Assembly: GCA_038321985.1 (NCBI GenBank)
Contig: JBBQFN010000048.1
Coordinates: forward strand, 1 to 34,381
DNA from: Cyanophyceae cyanobacterium
GTDB taxonomy: Bacteria; Cyanobacteriota; Cyanobacteriia; Cyanobacteriales; Laspinemataceae
Length of the DNA: 34,381 nucleotides
Direction of reading: 5' to 3'
Shown: positions 1-9,155 of the stretch, piece after piece
Numbering within the stretch: position 1 is the stretch's first letter
Layout of the letters: each line of letters opens with the position of its first letter
The notes under the pieces: generated by a model
What the model saw: only the letters and a program-made list of their open reading frames with translations
Databases searched by the model: none
Told to the model about the DNA's origin: nothing
Program-made: the position numbers and the translations under genes

Positions 1-141
1 TAGTATTTTGGGGATTTATGAGACTCGTTTTGGTCACTTTTAGAGCTAGAAGCCTTGACTTGTAAGGCTTTCAGTTCCTGGGCTGGGGAGCGAGTACAAA
101 ACTAATTAGAAAAACTTATCACCAAAAAGTCTGAAGAGCCC
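1..141. mobile_element. Probable terminal segment of an insertion sequence interrupting the histidine kinase gene
   Basis: The kinase frame is PAS-like from 142 (LAEGTELPK...). Upstream it loses PAS character and hits TAA at 103-105. The junction reads ...CTGAAGAGCCC|CTAG, and an internal hairpin AAGCCTT-N7-AAGGCTT lies at ~50-70. No transposase is in the window, so the family is unassigned. Confidence 0.5.
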
Positions 142-1347
142 CTAGCTGAAGGAACCGAACTCCCCAAAGTCGGCTTATCTAAAGAATTAATAGAAGGCAA
201 AACTCTAGCAGAAGCCTTCCCTCCAAACATTGCTGCTATTTACGAACCCCTTTATCGAGATGCACTTGCGGGAAAGGAAACAGTTACAGAAGTTCCCTTT
301 AATAGTCGCCTCTATCTAGCTCATACCTTGCCCCTTAAAAATGAACAGGGAGAAGTGATAGCGGGAATGGTGATGACTCAAAATATTACAGAACGCAAAC
401 AAGCCGAAGATGCTTTGCGGCGATCGGAAGAACGATTCCGGCAAAAGGCCCAAGAACTCAAACAAACTTTACAGGAATTAAAACAAACCCAAGCTCAACT
501 GATTCAAACGGAAAAAATGTCTAGTCTCGGCCAACTTGTGGCCGGAGTGGCTCATGAAATTAATAATCCCGTGAGTTTTATTTATGGAAATATCGCTCAC
601 GCGCACCAATATGTGCGCGATCTTTTACAGCTAGTAGAACTATATGGGAAAGAATATCCCCAACCGACTCCTACTATCTATCAGCATATCGAAGGAATTG
701 GTTTAGAGTTTTTAATGGAAGATTTCCCCAAGCTGATGTCTTCTATGCAGGTTGGAGCCGATCGCATTCGGGAAGTTGTGCTGTCTTTGCGCAACTTTTC
801 CCGTCTGGACCAAGCGCAGAAAAAGCCGGTGAACATTCACGAAGGGATTGATAGTACCTTACTGATTTTACAAAATCGTCTTAAGGCTAAAGCGGGACGA
901 ACAAGCATTGAAGTGATTAAAGAATATGCTGAACTTCCCACTATTGAGTGTTATGCAGGACAACTGAATCAGGTGTTTATGAATCTCCTGGGGAATGCCA
1001 TCGATATTTTAGAAGAAGATGGGAAAGAACAGATTCAAAATTGGGGAAATAAGCCGAATCTGACGGAAAATTCTACGGGAAAATTTAACCCCAGGATTTG
1101 CATTCGTACCGAACGGGTCGGGGCTCACGCGTTCATCCGAATTGCTGATAATGGCCGGGGAATGACCCCGGAAACGCAACGGCATATTTTTGAACCCTTT
1201 TTTACAACAAAAGACCCCGGGAAAGGGACGGGATTAGGATTGTCCATTAGCTATCAAATTGTGGTGGAAAAACATCACGGCAAAATAGAGTGTAATTCGG
1301 TTCTAGGACAGGGAACGGAGTTTATTATTACCTTACCCATTCCCTAA
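142..1347 (+). pseudogene. 5'-truncated PAS-domain sensor histidine kinase (HisKA + HATPase_c); ORF track start 328
   Basis: Open frame from 142 encodes a partial PAS/PAC (…YLAHTLPLKNEQGEVIAGMVMTQNITERKQ). H-box VAHEINNP, N-box NLLGNAID, G1 DNGRG, F-box FEPFFTTK, G2 GTGLGL. No native start for the PAS part; a shortened kinase might still be made from 328 or 367. Confidence 0.75.
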
Positions 1348-1590
1348 GTCAGAGTTTTGGAGGGATAAGGGCGCGAAGTTAAATTGCAAAGGGACACTCA
1401 CTTTTTGTTTCCCTACGGTTGACCTACGCCTCTTTATTGGGGTAATCGAGAGGACGAATTAAAGGGAACAAGTGGCACAGACGCCTCCTTGTTCGAGTTT
1501 CCCCGGTCTCTAAGATTTTATTAAAAAGGTTACGCCCTGTGCTGTCTGATATCTTTTAGGGAAGCGATCGCAACTTTGATGAGGAAAAGA

Positions 1591-1608
1591 GTTACAAATA
1601 TTTACAAA
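1591..1608 (+). promoter_or_regulatory. HLR1 (RpaB-binding) direct repeat
   Basis: GTTACAAA-TA-TTTACAAA matches (G/T)TTACA(T/A)(T/A)-N2-(G/T)TTACA(T/A)(T/A), ~105 bp upstream of the 1714 ORF. Confidence 0.6.
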
Positions 1609-1713
1609 ACATTAGAGCCACCTATAACATAAATGCGTCCGATATTCGGGAACTTTTGTGTCTAAAAAAACAACACTTAATCCTAAAAAGGGCCTAAAAT
1701 ATAAACCTGATGG

Positions 1714-4700
1714 GTGGAGAATTCCGTAAACATGAAGACTCAGAAGCGGCAAAAAATGATGAGGGCAAGATTGGCCCTAGGATTATTGGCGATCGCCGGT
1801 GCTGTGACTTCCCTGGGCCACCCGGGGGGACAACTCGGGGGGGATCGCCAACCTCCAAATACCCCAGTGCGGTTCACCGGGGCTGCGATCGCAGCGACTT
1901 CTCCGGACTCATCCCTGATTTCGGTTTATTCTAATTTGCTCCCAGAGCGGACCAGGGGCGTGAATGAAAAAGTCTTAGAGAAACCCCGGAATATCACCCG
2001 AGGTGATTCCCCTAAAAATAAAGTTAAATTAATAAAAAATAGACAATTAATTCATTCCGTTGCCATCAAAGTAATCGGCTTAATTTCCGGGAGCAAAATT
2101 CGGTCTTTTTGGGAAAATTCATCCCTAAAACCTGAATTGAATGCAGCCAATGTGAAGTCTCTTACCCGTCCCAATCCTCCCTCTACTCAAGAAATCTCCG
2201 GTTCAGCTTTTCTAGGGGAATTCAACCCTTGGGTAACCCTGCAAAATCCCCATCAAAGGGCGCTATTTATCTTCCTGAGTACCGCTGGAGTCCTGCTGAT
2301 ACTGCATCAGATTAGTTTAAAAATTACCCCTCTATTTGGAGGGCGGCTCACAGAAGAGGAATCTTTGCCTATCAACCCAGATTCATTACTGAATCTACTT
2401 GATACTAACCCGGCCTTTAACTGTGCCATCAAATCCGATGGCATGGTTTTCTTTATGAACCAATCCATGCTGACGATCTGCGGTTATGCTCGCACCGAAG
2501 CAATGGGAGTAAATTATATTAATACATTCATCCCTGAAACCGAACAAGCATCGGTCGCTCAAACCTTCGAGCAACTCAGGCATCAACCCGAACCCCAACG
2601 GATGCAAAACCACCTGCTCACAAAAGACGGACGAGAAATCTGGGTGGGGTGGTATGTGCGAGCAGTATTCAGTCGCGATCGCCATGGCTTAGACTATTGG
2701 ATCGCTACGGGAATCGAAGTCGAAAATCCCGCTCAAGTCGAAACTCAAACACGGCTGTGGGAAGATATTACTCACGCAGTGAGTGCAGCGCCAGATTTTG
2801 ATTCCGCCTTAGAAGTCGCACTTTGTAGCCTGGGAGAAACCTTGGGATACGCTGCGGGGGAAGCCTGGGTTGCTAACCCAGAGGGAACCGCTTTAAACTG
2901 TTCGTCAGTAGGGTACCAGGCACAAGGAAGAGTCTACCCTTGGAGGCGCAGTCGCTTGCGGTTAAAACTCAATCAAGGATTACCCGGACGCGTGATGGCA
3001 TCAGGTCAATTGGAGTGGGTTGGAGATATCTGCATCGAACCAGAAACAGCGTTTCCCCGCCCTCACAGTGCGGCAGAGTGCGGTCTCACCAGTGCCTTGG
3101 GGATTCCGATTTTGGCCGATTGCCGGGTCCTGGCGGTGTTTGTTTTTTTCCAAACCAGCACCGATGAACCGGATCAGCGGATGATTGCTCGCATCTCATC
3201 GATGGCCGTACAAGTCGGTTCTGTCTTACATCGGTTACAGACCTTAAAGGCACTCCAGCAAGCGGAAGCGAACTACCGCACTCTGGTTGAAAATTCAGGA
3301 GAAGGAATTTTTCAAATCACCCCGGAGGGACAATACATCAGTGCAAATCCAGCTTTAGCATCGATTTATAGCTATCCTTCCCTCTCGGAACTGATGGCAC
3401 ATTTGTGCGATATCTCCCATCAACTCTACGTTGATCCGCGGTGCCAAAACGAATTTATTCGCCTGTTACAAGAAAAAGATGGAGTGTCAGGATTTGAGGC
3501 CCAGGTTTATCGGGCTGATGGTACTATGATTTGGATTTCTCAAAATGCTCGGGCGGTGCGTGATATTTATGGTAAGTTGATGTATTATGAAGGTTCAGTG
3601 GCGAATATTACCGATCGAAAATGGACGGAGGAGCAGCTGAGATACAATGCTTCTCACGATGCACTTACCGGCTTATGGAATCGAAGCTTTTTTATGGATC
3701 GGCTGGTCAAAGCGGTGTCCCGCGCTCAGAGTCAAGCCCATTATGAGTTTGCCGTCCTGTTCATGGATTTGGATGATTTTAAGTTAGTGAATGATAGTTT
3801 GGGTCATTCCGTTGGCGATCGCTTTTTGATGGCGATCGCCGGACGACTGGAGCAATGTTTGGGTCCCTACGATACCCTAGCTCGTTTTGGCGGGGATGAA
3901 TTTACGTTGCTGTTAGAAGAAATTCCCCGGGTTGAAGATGCGATCGCGGTTGCCCATCAAGTCCATGAAACCTTGAGAAAGCCTTTTACCGTAGGAAGTC
4001 ACGAGATTTTTGCCGGGATTAGTATTGGCATTGTTCACAGTACCTCCGGCGATCGCCGTCAGCCTGATTTTCTGCGAGATGCTGATATCGCCATGTATCG
4101 CGCGAAGGCACGGGAAAAAGGCGGATATGTGGTCTTTGATATAACGATGCGTGAGGAAGCAATCCTGCGCCTGGAGTTGGAGACGGATCTGCGATGGGCG
4201 ATCGAACGCAGGGAGTTTCAAATGTTCTATCAGCCTATTGTGAGACTCTCAACCGGAGAAATTAGTGGATTTGAAGCCCTGATCCGATGGTATCATCCGC
4301 GCAAAGGATGGATTTCTCCCAATGTGTTTATCCCCGTCGCTGAGGAAACCGGCGCGATTGATCAAATTGGAGAATGGGCGCTGATTGAATCTTGCACCCA
4401 GTTACGAATCTGGAAAAAGCAATTTCCCACCTACCCTTCCCTAAAAATGAGTGTAAATCTTTCCGGTAAGCAACTCAGCGATAATTTGAGCGATCGCGTG
4501 GAGAAAATTCTTCACGAAACCGGAGTGGATGGATGGGATTTAAAATTAGAAATTACAGAAACTGCATTAGTAGAAGATCCTGAAGATGCGATCGCCCTCC
4601 TGGATCGTCTCAAAGCCCTTGACATTCAGTTATGCATTGATGATTTTGGTACAGGTTACTCTTCCTTAAGCTATCTTCATCGCTTTCCTGTCGATATTTT

Positions 4701-4959
4701 AAAAATCGACCGCTCTTTTGTAAGCCAAATGTCCCATCTTAATAACGATTCAGAAATTGTCAGAACCATTATTACCCTAGCTCATGCCTTGGGACTGGAC
4801 GTGATTGCAGAAGGCATTGAAACCTTAGATTCCATGCGACAACTTGAACTGCTGCGATGTAAATACGGTCAAGGCTACTTTTTTTCGGAACCTGTTAACG
4901 GGGAAGCCGCGGCTTTATTATTAACCCGGGGTCAGTTGGGGGACCTAGAGGTGGGTTAA
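1714..4959 (+). CDS. PAS-GAF-PAS-GGDEF-EAL diguanylate cyclase/phosphodiesterase
   Basis: N-terminal hydrophobic segments, two PAS-like regions, a GAF (GLPGRV…LGIPI), DLDDFKLVND, RFGGDEF, FEALIRW, LEITE, DDFGTGYSSLSYL, IAEGIE. Start codon uncertain (1714/1732/1756). Confidence 0.93.
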   Translation: MENSVNMKTQKRQKMMRARLALGLLAIAGAVTSLGHPGGQLGGDRQPPNTPVRFTGAAIAATSPDSSLISVYSNLLPERTRGVNEKVLEKPRNITRGDSPKNKVKLIKNRQLIHSVAIKVIGLISGSKIRSFWENSSLKPELNAANVKSLTRPNPPSTQEISGSAFLGEFNPWVTLQNPHQRALFIFLSTAGVLLILHQISLKITPLFGGRLTEEESLPINPDSLLNLLDTNPAFNCAIKSDGMVFFMNQSMLTICGYARTEAMGVNYINTFIPETEQASVAQTFEQLRHQPEPQRMQNHLLTKDGREIWVGWYVRAVFSRDRHGLDYWIATGIEVENPAQVETQTRLWEDITHAVSAAPDFDSALEVALCSLGETLGYAAGEAWVANPEGTALNCSSVGYQAQGRVYPWRRSRLRLKLNQGLPGRVMASGQLEWVGDICIEPETAFPRPHSAAECGLTSALGIPILADCRVLAVFVFFQTSTDEPDQRMIARISSMAVQVGSVLHRLQTLKALQQAEANYRTLVENSGEGIFQITPEGQYISANPALASIYSYPSLSELMAHLCDISHQLYVDPRCQNEFIRLLQEKDGVSGFEAQVYRADGTMIWISQNARAVRDIYGKLMYYEGSVANITDRKWTEEQLRYNASHDALTGLWNRSFFMDRLVKAVSRAQSQAHYEFAVLFMDLDDFKLVNDSLGHSVGDRFLMAIAGRLEQCLGPYDTLARFGGDEFTLLLEEIPRVEDAIAVAHQVHETLRKPFTVGSHEIFAGISIGIVHSTSGDRRQPDFLRDADIAMYRAKAREKGGYVVFDITMREEAILRLELETDLRWAIERREFQMFYQPIVRLSTGEISGFEALIRWYHPRKGWISPNVFIPVAEETGAIDQIGEWALIESCTQLRIWKKQFPTYPSLKMSVNLSGKQLSDNLSDRVEKILHETGVDGWDLKLEITETALVEDPEDAIALLDRLKALDIQLCIDDFGTGYSSLSYLHRFPVDILKIDRSFVSQMSHLNNDSEIVRTIITLAHALGLDVIAEGIETLDSMRQLELLRCKYGQGYFFSEPVNGEAAALLLTRGQLGDLEVG

Positions 4960-5224
4960 ATGTTAGGGGGGTTTCAAATTCCCACCTCGTGTTCCAGGCG
5001 CTGATGGGGTGTGAGCTTGAACCGGGTTCCCAATCCTTCATTCCCAATTATTAAACCCGCTGGGGTTAAAAATTTTAAATCTCTGACAATCGCGAAGTTT
5101 TTTCGCTAAAATAAACTCGTGCCTTTTGGGGAAATCTACATCAGCGCAATCGCGCTTTTACTGGGTGGGATTAAATTTCGCCAGCCCTCAAAAAAAAGCG
5201 AATTTAGCGAAAAGTAATATTTCC

Positions 5225-6688
5225 ATGAAACTAAAATTTTTCAATTCAAGCCCCCAGCCGACTTCTCTTGTTTCTAAGAAACACTTCCGGGATCTTATCC
5301 CTTTCTTTTGTTCCCTGGGCATCGTCTTATTCCCCTCACTCACGGAGGCGAGGGATTTCAGGGTGAGGGCAGTTTCTCCCAGGATATCCTCCCCATCCCC
5401 TCAAATTAGTCAATCTCCAGGCGGGGAAACCTCTAGCGGTGAATGGATCTCTGAAGAGGATTTGACCCAAACTATCACAGCAATTGAGGGAGAATGGGAA
5501 ACGGTATTTGAAAATTATTTTGGCAGAAATTTATCCGAAATTACTTTATCCGGTGAAGAAATTGCAGAAGCCTTGGCAGTTGTTGAACAGAATACAGGTC
5601 AAAAATCCGCTTTAATTTATATGGTTCCCGCAGCGGATCAACTTCAACTTGTGTTAGTCACTTCTGATGGAGAAATCACAGGTCGGACTATTGCCGAAAC
5701 CAATCAGGATGCACTAATAGAAACGGCCCAAGAATTACGGCAGAAAATGACTAGCCCTAGCCGAAGAAATACCAACTCCTATCTACCTGCCGCCCAACAA
5801 CTTTATGCTTGGACGATCGCCCCCTTGCAGGAGGAATTGCGATCGCGCGGGATAGAAACGCTCTTATTGTGTGTCGGTCCAGGATTGCGAGCAGTTCCTT
5901 TTGCCGCCTTACATGATGGGGAAGAGTTTCTGGTGGAACAATACAGTCTTTCACTGATTCCCGCCTTTAACATGATTGATTTGAATCCCCAAGACCTCAC
6001 TAATACCGAAGTTTTAGCAATGGGAGCTTCTATATTTGAAAGCCTTTCTCCTCTTCCGGCTGTCCCTGTAGAACTCTCACAAATTGCTCGTCAACTTTGG
6101 CCGGGAGAAATTTTTCTAAATGATGATTTTACCGAGGAAAACTTACAGTCTCAATTGTCAGAATCCCGCTTTGGAATCGTTCATCTCGCTACCCACGCTG
6201 ATTTTAAAGAGGGAGAGCCGAGTCAATCTTACATCCAATTGTGGGATAGTCAACTCACTTTAAATAATATACATTTGTTAGAACTTGATGCTAGTTCCGT
6301 GGGATTGTTGGTGTTGAGTGCCTGTAAGACAGCGATCGGGAATCTGGATGCAGAAAAGGGGTTTGCTGGATTAGCGATTCAAAGCGGCGTTCCCTCTGCC
6401 TTAGCGAGTTTATGGTATGTCAGTGACCTCGGGACTCTGGCGCTAATGTCTGAGTTTTACGATCGCTTCAAAGTAGAGGGCGAAAATGCGCCATCCCTAC
6501 TCAAGGCAGAAGCACTGCAACAAGCGCAACTCGCCATGCTGCGAGGACAAGTGCGACTTGAACAAGGCAACCTGGTCAGCGATCGGGGCGAAATTCCCCT
6601 ACCCCAAGAATTAGCGGAGTTAACTGGAGAAAATTTATCTCACCCTTACTTTTGGGCCGGATTTACCCTGATTGGCAGTCCTTGGTAA
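5225..6688 (+). CDS. CHAT domain (caspase-like) protein with possible N-terminal signal/TM segment
   Basis: VPFAALHDG, HLATHADF (His), LLVLSACKTA (Cys), ASLWYVSD, HPYFWAGFTLIGSPW. ATG at 5225 preferred over TTG at 5126. Confidence 0.9.
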   Translation: MKLKFFNSSPQPTSLVSKKHFRDLIPFFCSLGIVLFPSLTEARDFRVRAVSPRISSPSPQISQSPGGETSSGEWISEEDLTQTITAIEGEWETVFENYFGRNLSEITLSGEEIAEALAVVEQNTGQKSALIYMVPAADQLQLVLVTSDGEITGRTIAETNQDALIETAQELRQKMTSPSRRNTNSYLPAAQQLYAWTIAPLQEELRSRGIETLLLCVGPGLRAVPFAALHDGEEFLVEQYSLSLIPAFNMIDLNPQDLTNTEVLAMGASIFESLSPLPAVPVELSQIARQLWPGEIFLNDDFTEENLQSQLSESRFGIVHLATHADFKEGEPSQSYIQLWDSQLTLNNIHLLELDASSVGLLVLSACKTAIGNLDAEKGFAGLAIQSGVPSALASLWYVSDLGTLALMSEFYDRFKVEGENAPSLLKAEALQQAQLAMLRGQVRLEQGNLVSDRGEIPLPQELAELTGENLSHPYFWAGFTLIGSPW

Positions 6689-6732
6689 AAAGCGCCTAGG
6701 GCGATCAATCCGGGACCTCATTTTTAAAAAAG

Positions 6733-6754
6733 GAAGCCTGTAAAAGCAGGCTTC
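6733..6754 (+). terminator. Stem-loop downstream of the CHAT gene
   Basis: GAAGCCTG-TAAAAG-CAGGCTTC perfect 8-bp stem; weak U-tract. Confidence 0.5.
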
Positions 6755-6876
6755 ACAATTATTTACTGAATTATGGATTCACGACAGATTCATCTCTGAG
6801 GTTGCCAGGTTTTTTCTTTTATGGTATTTTAAATAAAGCCTAAAATTTCATCAAATCCTATTTTTATTTAAACTTT

Positions 6877-7668
6877 ATGGAATCCCAAAAAATTCTTATT
6901 GCCACTAAAACTTATCCATCAATTAGCAAGACCTATAGAGAAACTGTTTGTACAGCGGGTATATTGTTAGATGAAGAAGAAAACCCAGTGGATTGGATAC
7001 GAATTTATCCTACCCGCTATCGTCGCCTCGAATTTGATCAACGATATCCCCGCTGGTCTATTATTAGAGCATCTATTGAAAAAACTGATCACAACAAAGA
7101 TTCTAGACTAGAAAGCTATCGAATAGAGGATGCTTCTATCGAAATAATTCGCTCTGTGGATACAAGTGATGCATGGCAAAAACGAAAGGATTTGATTTTC
7201 CCCTTAAAATTTAGTTCAATCCAAGAAATAAAAGATAGAGGTAAATCTCTGGGATTAATTACGCCCACCCAGATTAAAAAAGTTTATACAGAAAAAACAG
7301 AACGAGATTGGAAACCCAAACAACAAGTCATCTTAGATCAACTGGATTTATTTGAGCCGCCCGTAGAACTTGAAAAAATCCCCTATAAATTTGGATATGA
7401 GTTTATCGAACAAGATGGAGAAAGCCATCGTTTTAGCATTAGTGATTGGGAAATTTCAGAACTATATCGAAAATGTAGAAATAAATCTCAAGGAATTAAA
7501 GAAGAAGACAAGGAAGAAGAGGATTTAGAAAAACTAGAAGCCTTGTCAAAAAAAGATTTATCCTTTATCGTGGGAAATCTCAAGGACCGTAGGCAAATTT
7601 TTATGATTATTGGATTATTTTATCCTCCGAAGATTGAATATCAACAACTTTCATTATTTGTAAAGTAA
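6877..7668 (+). CDS. Conserved hypothetical protein of the type found beside DUF488 genes (possibly dual-OB-fold-like)
   Basis: 263-aa ORF with motifs KTYPSxSxxYxETVCTAG, WIRIYP, DSRLES, ISDWE, IIGLFYPP; ends 4 bp before the DUF488 gene. Confidence 0.75.
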   Translation: MESQKILIATKTYPSISKTYRETVCTAGILLDEEENPVDWIRIYPTRYRRLEFDQRYPRWSIIRASIEKTDHNKDSRLESYRIEDASIEIIRSVDTSDAWQKRKDLIFPLKFSSIQEIKDRGKSLGLITPTQIKKVYTEKTERDWKPKQQVILDQLDLFEPPVELEKIPYKFGYEFIEQDGESHRFSISDWEISELYRKCRNKSQGIKEEDKEEEDLEKLEALSKKDLSFIVGNLKDRRQIFMIIGLFYPPKIEYQQLSLFVK

Positions 7669-7672
7669 AAAC

Positions 7673-8107
7673 ATGACTGAAAAAAATAAAAGTGCCCTAA
7701 ATTTTAACGAAATATTGATTCTGACTTTTGGCTATGGGAATCGCCAAAATTATGAAGTTTTGGAAACCTACTTTAACACTTACGGAGTAAAATTTGTTGT
7801 GGATATCAGAAGTAGTCCCCGAGCCTGGAGTCGACAATGGTATGGAGAACAAATTCAAAAATTTTGTGAATCTCAGAATATTAAATATTTTTCTAAACCA
7901 GCGTTGGGAAACACATCAGGAAAAGCCAACTGGGTTCCTCCAAATGTAGAAAAAGCATCCACCGCCTTACAAGAAGTCGCCGATTTGGTTTGCCAGGGAA
8001 CCATTGTATTGCTCTGCGCTGAAATGGCTCACCAACGATGTCATCGCACAGAAGTTGCCCATCACTTAGAAAAATTAGTGTCAATTCCTGTGAAACATTT
8101 AAGCTAA
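7673..8107 (+). CDS. DUF488 family protein
   Basis: TFGYG, VVDIRSSP, ALG, LLCAE…RCHR motifs typical of DUF488. Confidence 0.85.
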   Translation: MTEKNKSALNFNEILILTFGYGNRQNYEVLETYFNTYGVKFVVDIRSSPRAWSRQWYGEQIQKFCESQNIKYFSKPALGNTSGKANWVPPNVEKASTALQEVADLVCQGTIVLLCAEMAHQRCHRTEVAHHLEKLVSIPVKHLS

Positions 8108-8353
8108 AAATTGCATATTCAAGGAAATTTTTTTGTTGAGTCAGGATCATTATACTGATAAGCTGTTCAACATCTAAATTTTGAAAAGACCTCAATAAAA
8201 CATCATGTAGTCCGTAAATCTTACGGCACGCTGGTGCGGACGATGTGCGGTTTTACCCGTGCCTACTTGCTTCATTTCTAGCTTCTCTTGTATCCTCAAA
8301 TTAAATACCCAACCGCTTATCAACCTGAGACTATCCTGAATTGTAGGTTCCAT

Positions 8354-9025
8354 TTAGAGGCTTAAGAAGATCACCCCTGGTAAAGCGGAAGCGATCACTT
8401 TTCTTCGGAAGCGCCAGTCAGCGCCTATTCCTAAGTGTTGTTTTGACTTGAGTGGGTGATAGAAGTGGAGTTGCGATCGCAGTTCTGCCGAATTCAGTTG
8501 ATCTTGTGCTTTTCGCTCAATCTTTTCTATCTGTTGCAATCCATACGCTTGAATCACTCTCTCTTGTAAGTGAGGGTGAGATTCTAACGAACCATCGGGC
8601 CAGATAGGCTCAATCTTCAAATCTGGATGTTTGGGATAGTGACAGACTAAAATAGTGCAATGGCAGGTTAGCGGATCGAGTTCCACACACATTAAAGCAA
8701 TTTTTTTCTGTTTTACATCTATCAGAATTTGCTCAATTCCTTGACAAAATTCTGATAGATTGCCAATCGTTTCATCCAACGTTTTTCCCGTTAAATCATA
8801 GCTTCCTATCTTTGCTATTCTTCCGCCTAACTCGCGCCCGAGAAATACATAGCGAATATTGACTCGATCCAGTGCTGTTTTAAGTTCCGATTTGTTAAAT
8901 TGCGGAACTTAACGGCTGCCTGGATAAGATGGCAGATCCGAGATCGCTGTAATTCCATTTTTTTGCAATAACGCAATAAAGGCCTTAAGGGTATGATGGG
9001 AGTGACCAATTGTAAATAGTTCACC
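8354..9025 (-). pseudogene. Decayed DUF488 family gene (long subtype)
   Basis: One minus frame reads ELFTIGHSHHTLKAFIALLQKNGITAISDLPSYPGSR*VPQFNKSELKTALDRVNIRYVFLGRELGGR… and continues into the 8354-8779 ORF (IALMCVELDPLTCHC). In-frame TAA at 8909-8911; no start codon; DVRSxP and CHR motifs degenerate. Confidence 0.85.
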
Positions 9026-9155
9026 TGACCTGACTTAAGTCCGGTTAATTAAATCAGGGAGCGCTAATTTCCCCCAACCCCATCTAAACATCCTACAATT
9101 ATCCCATTATCGGTGCTTTTTATAACTCGGGTTTTGCACCCCATCAGGAAAATCA

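Noticed and set aside
1591..1608. NtcA box
   Set aside because: Does not fit GTA-N8-TAC; fits HLR1 instead.
8827..9024. 65-aa ORF from the track
   Set aside because: Wrong frame; an overlapping frame encodes the DUF488 pseudogene N-terminus.
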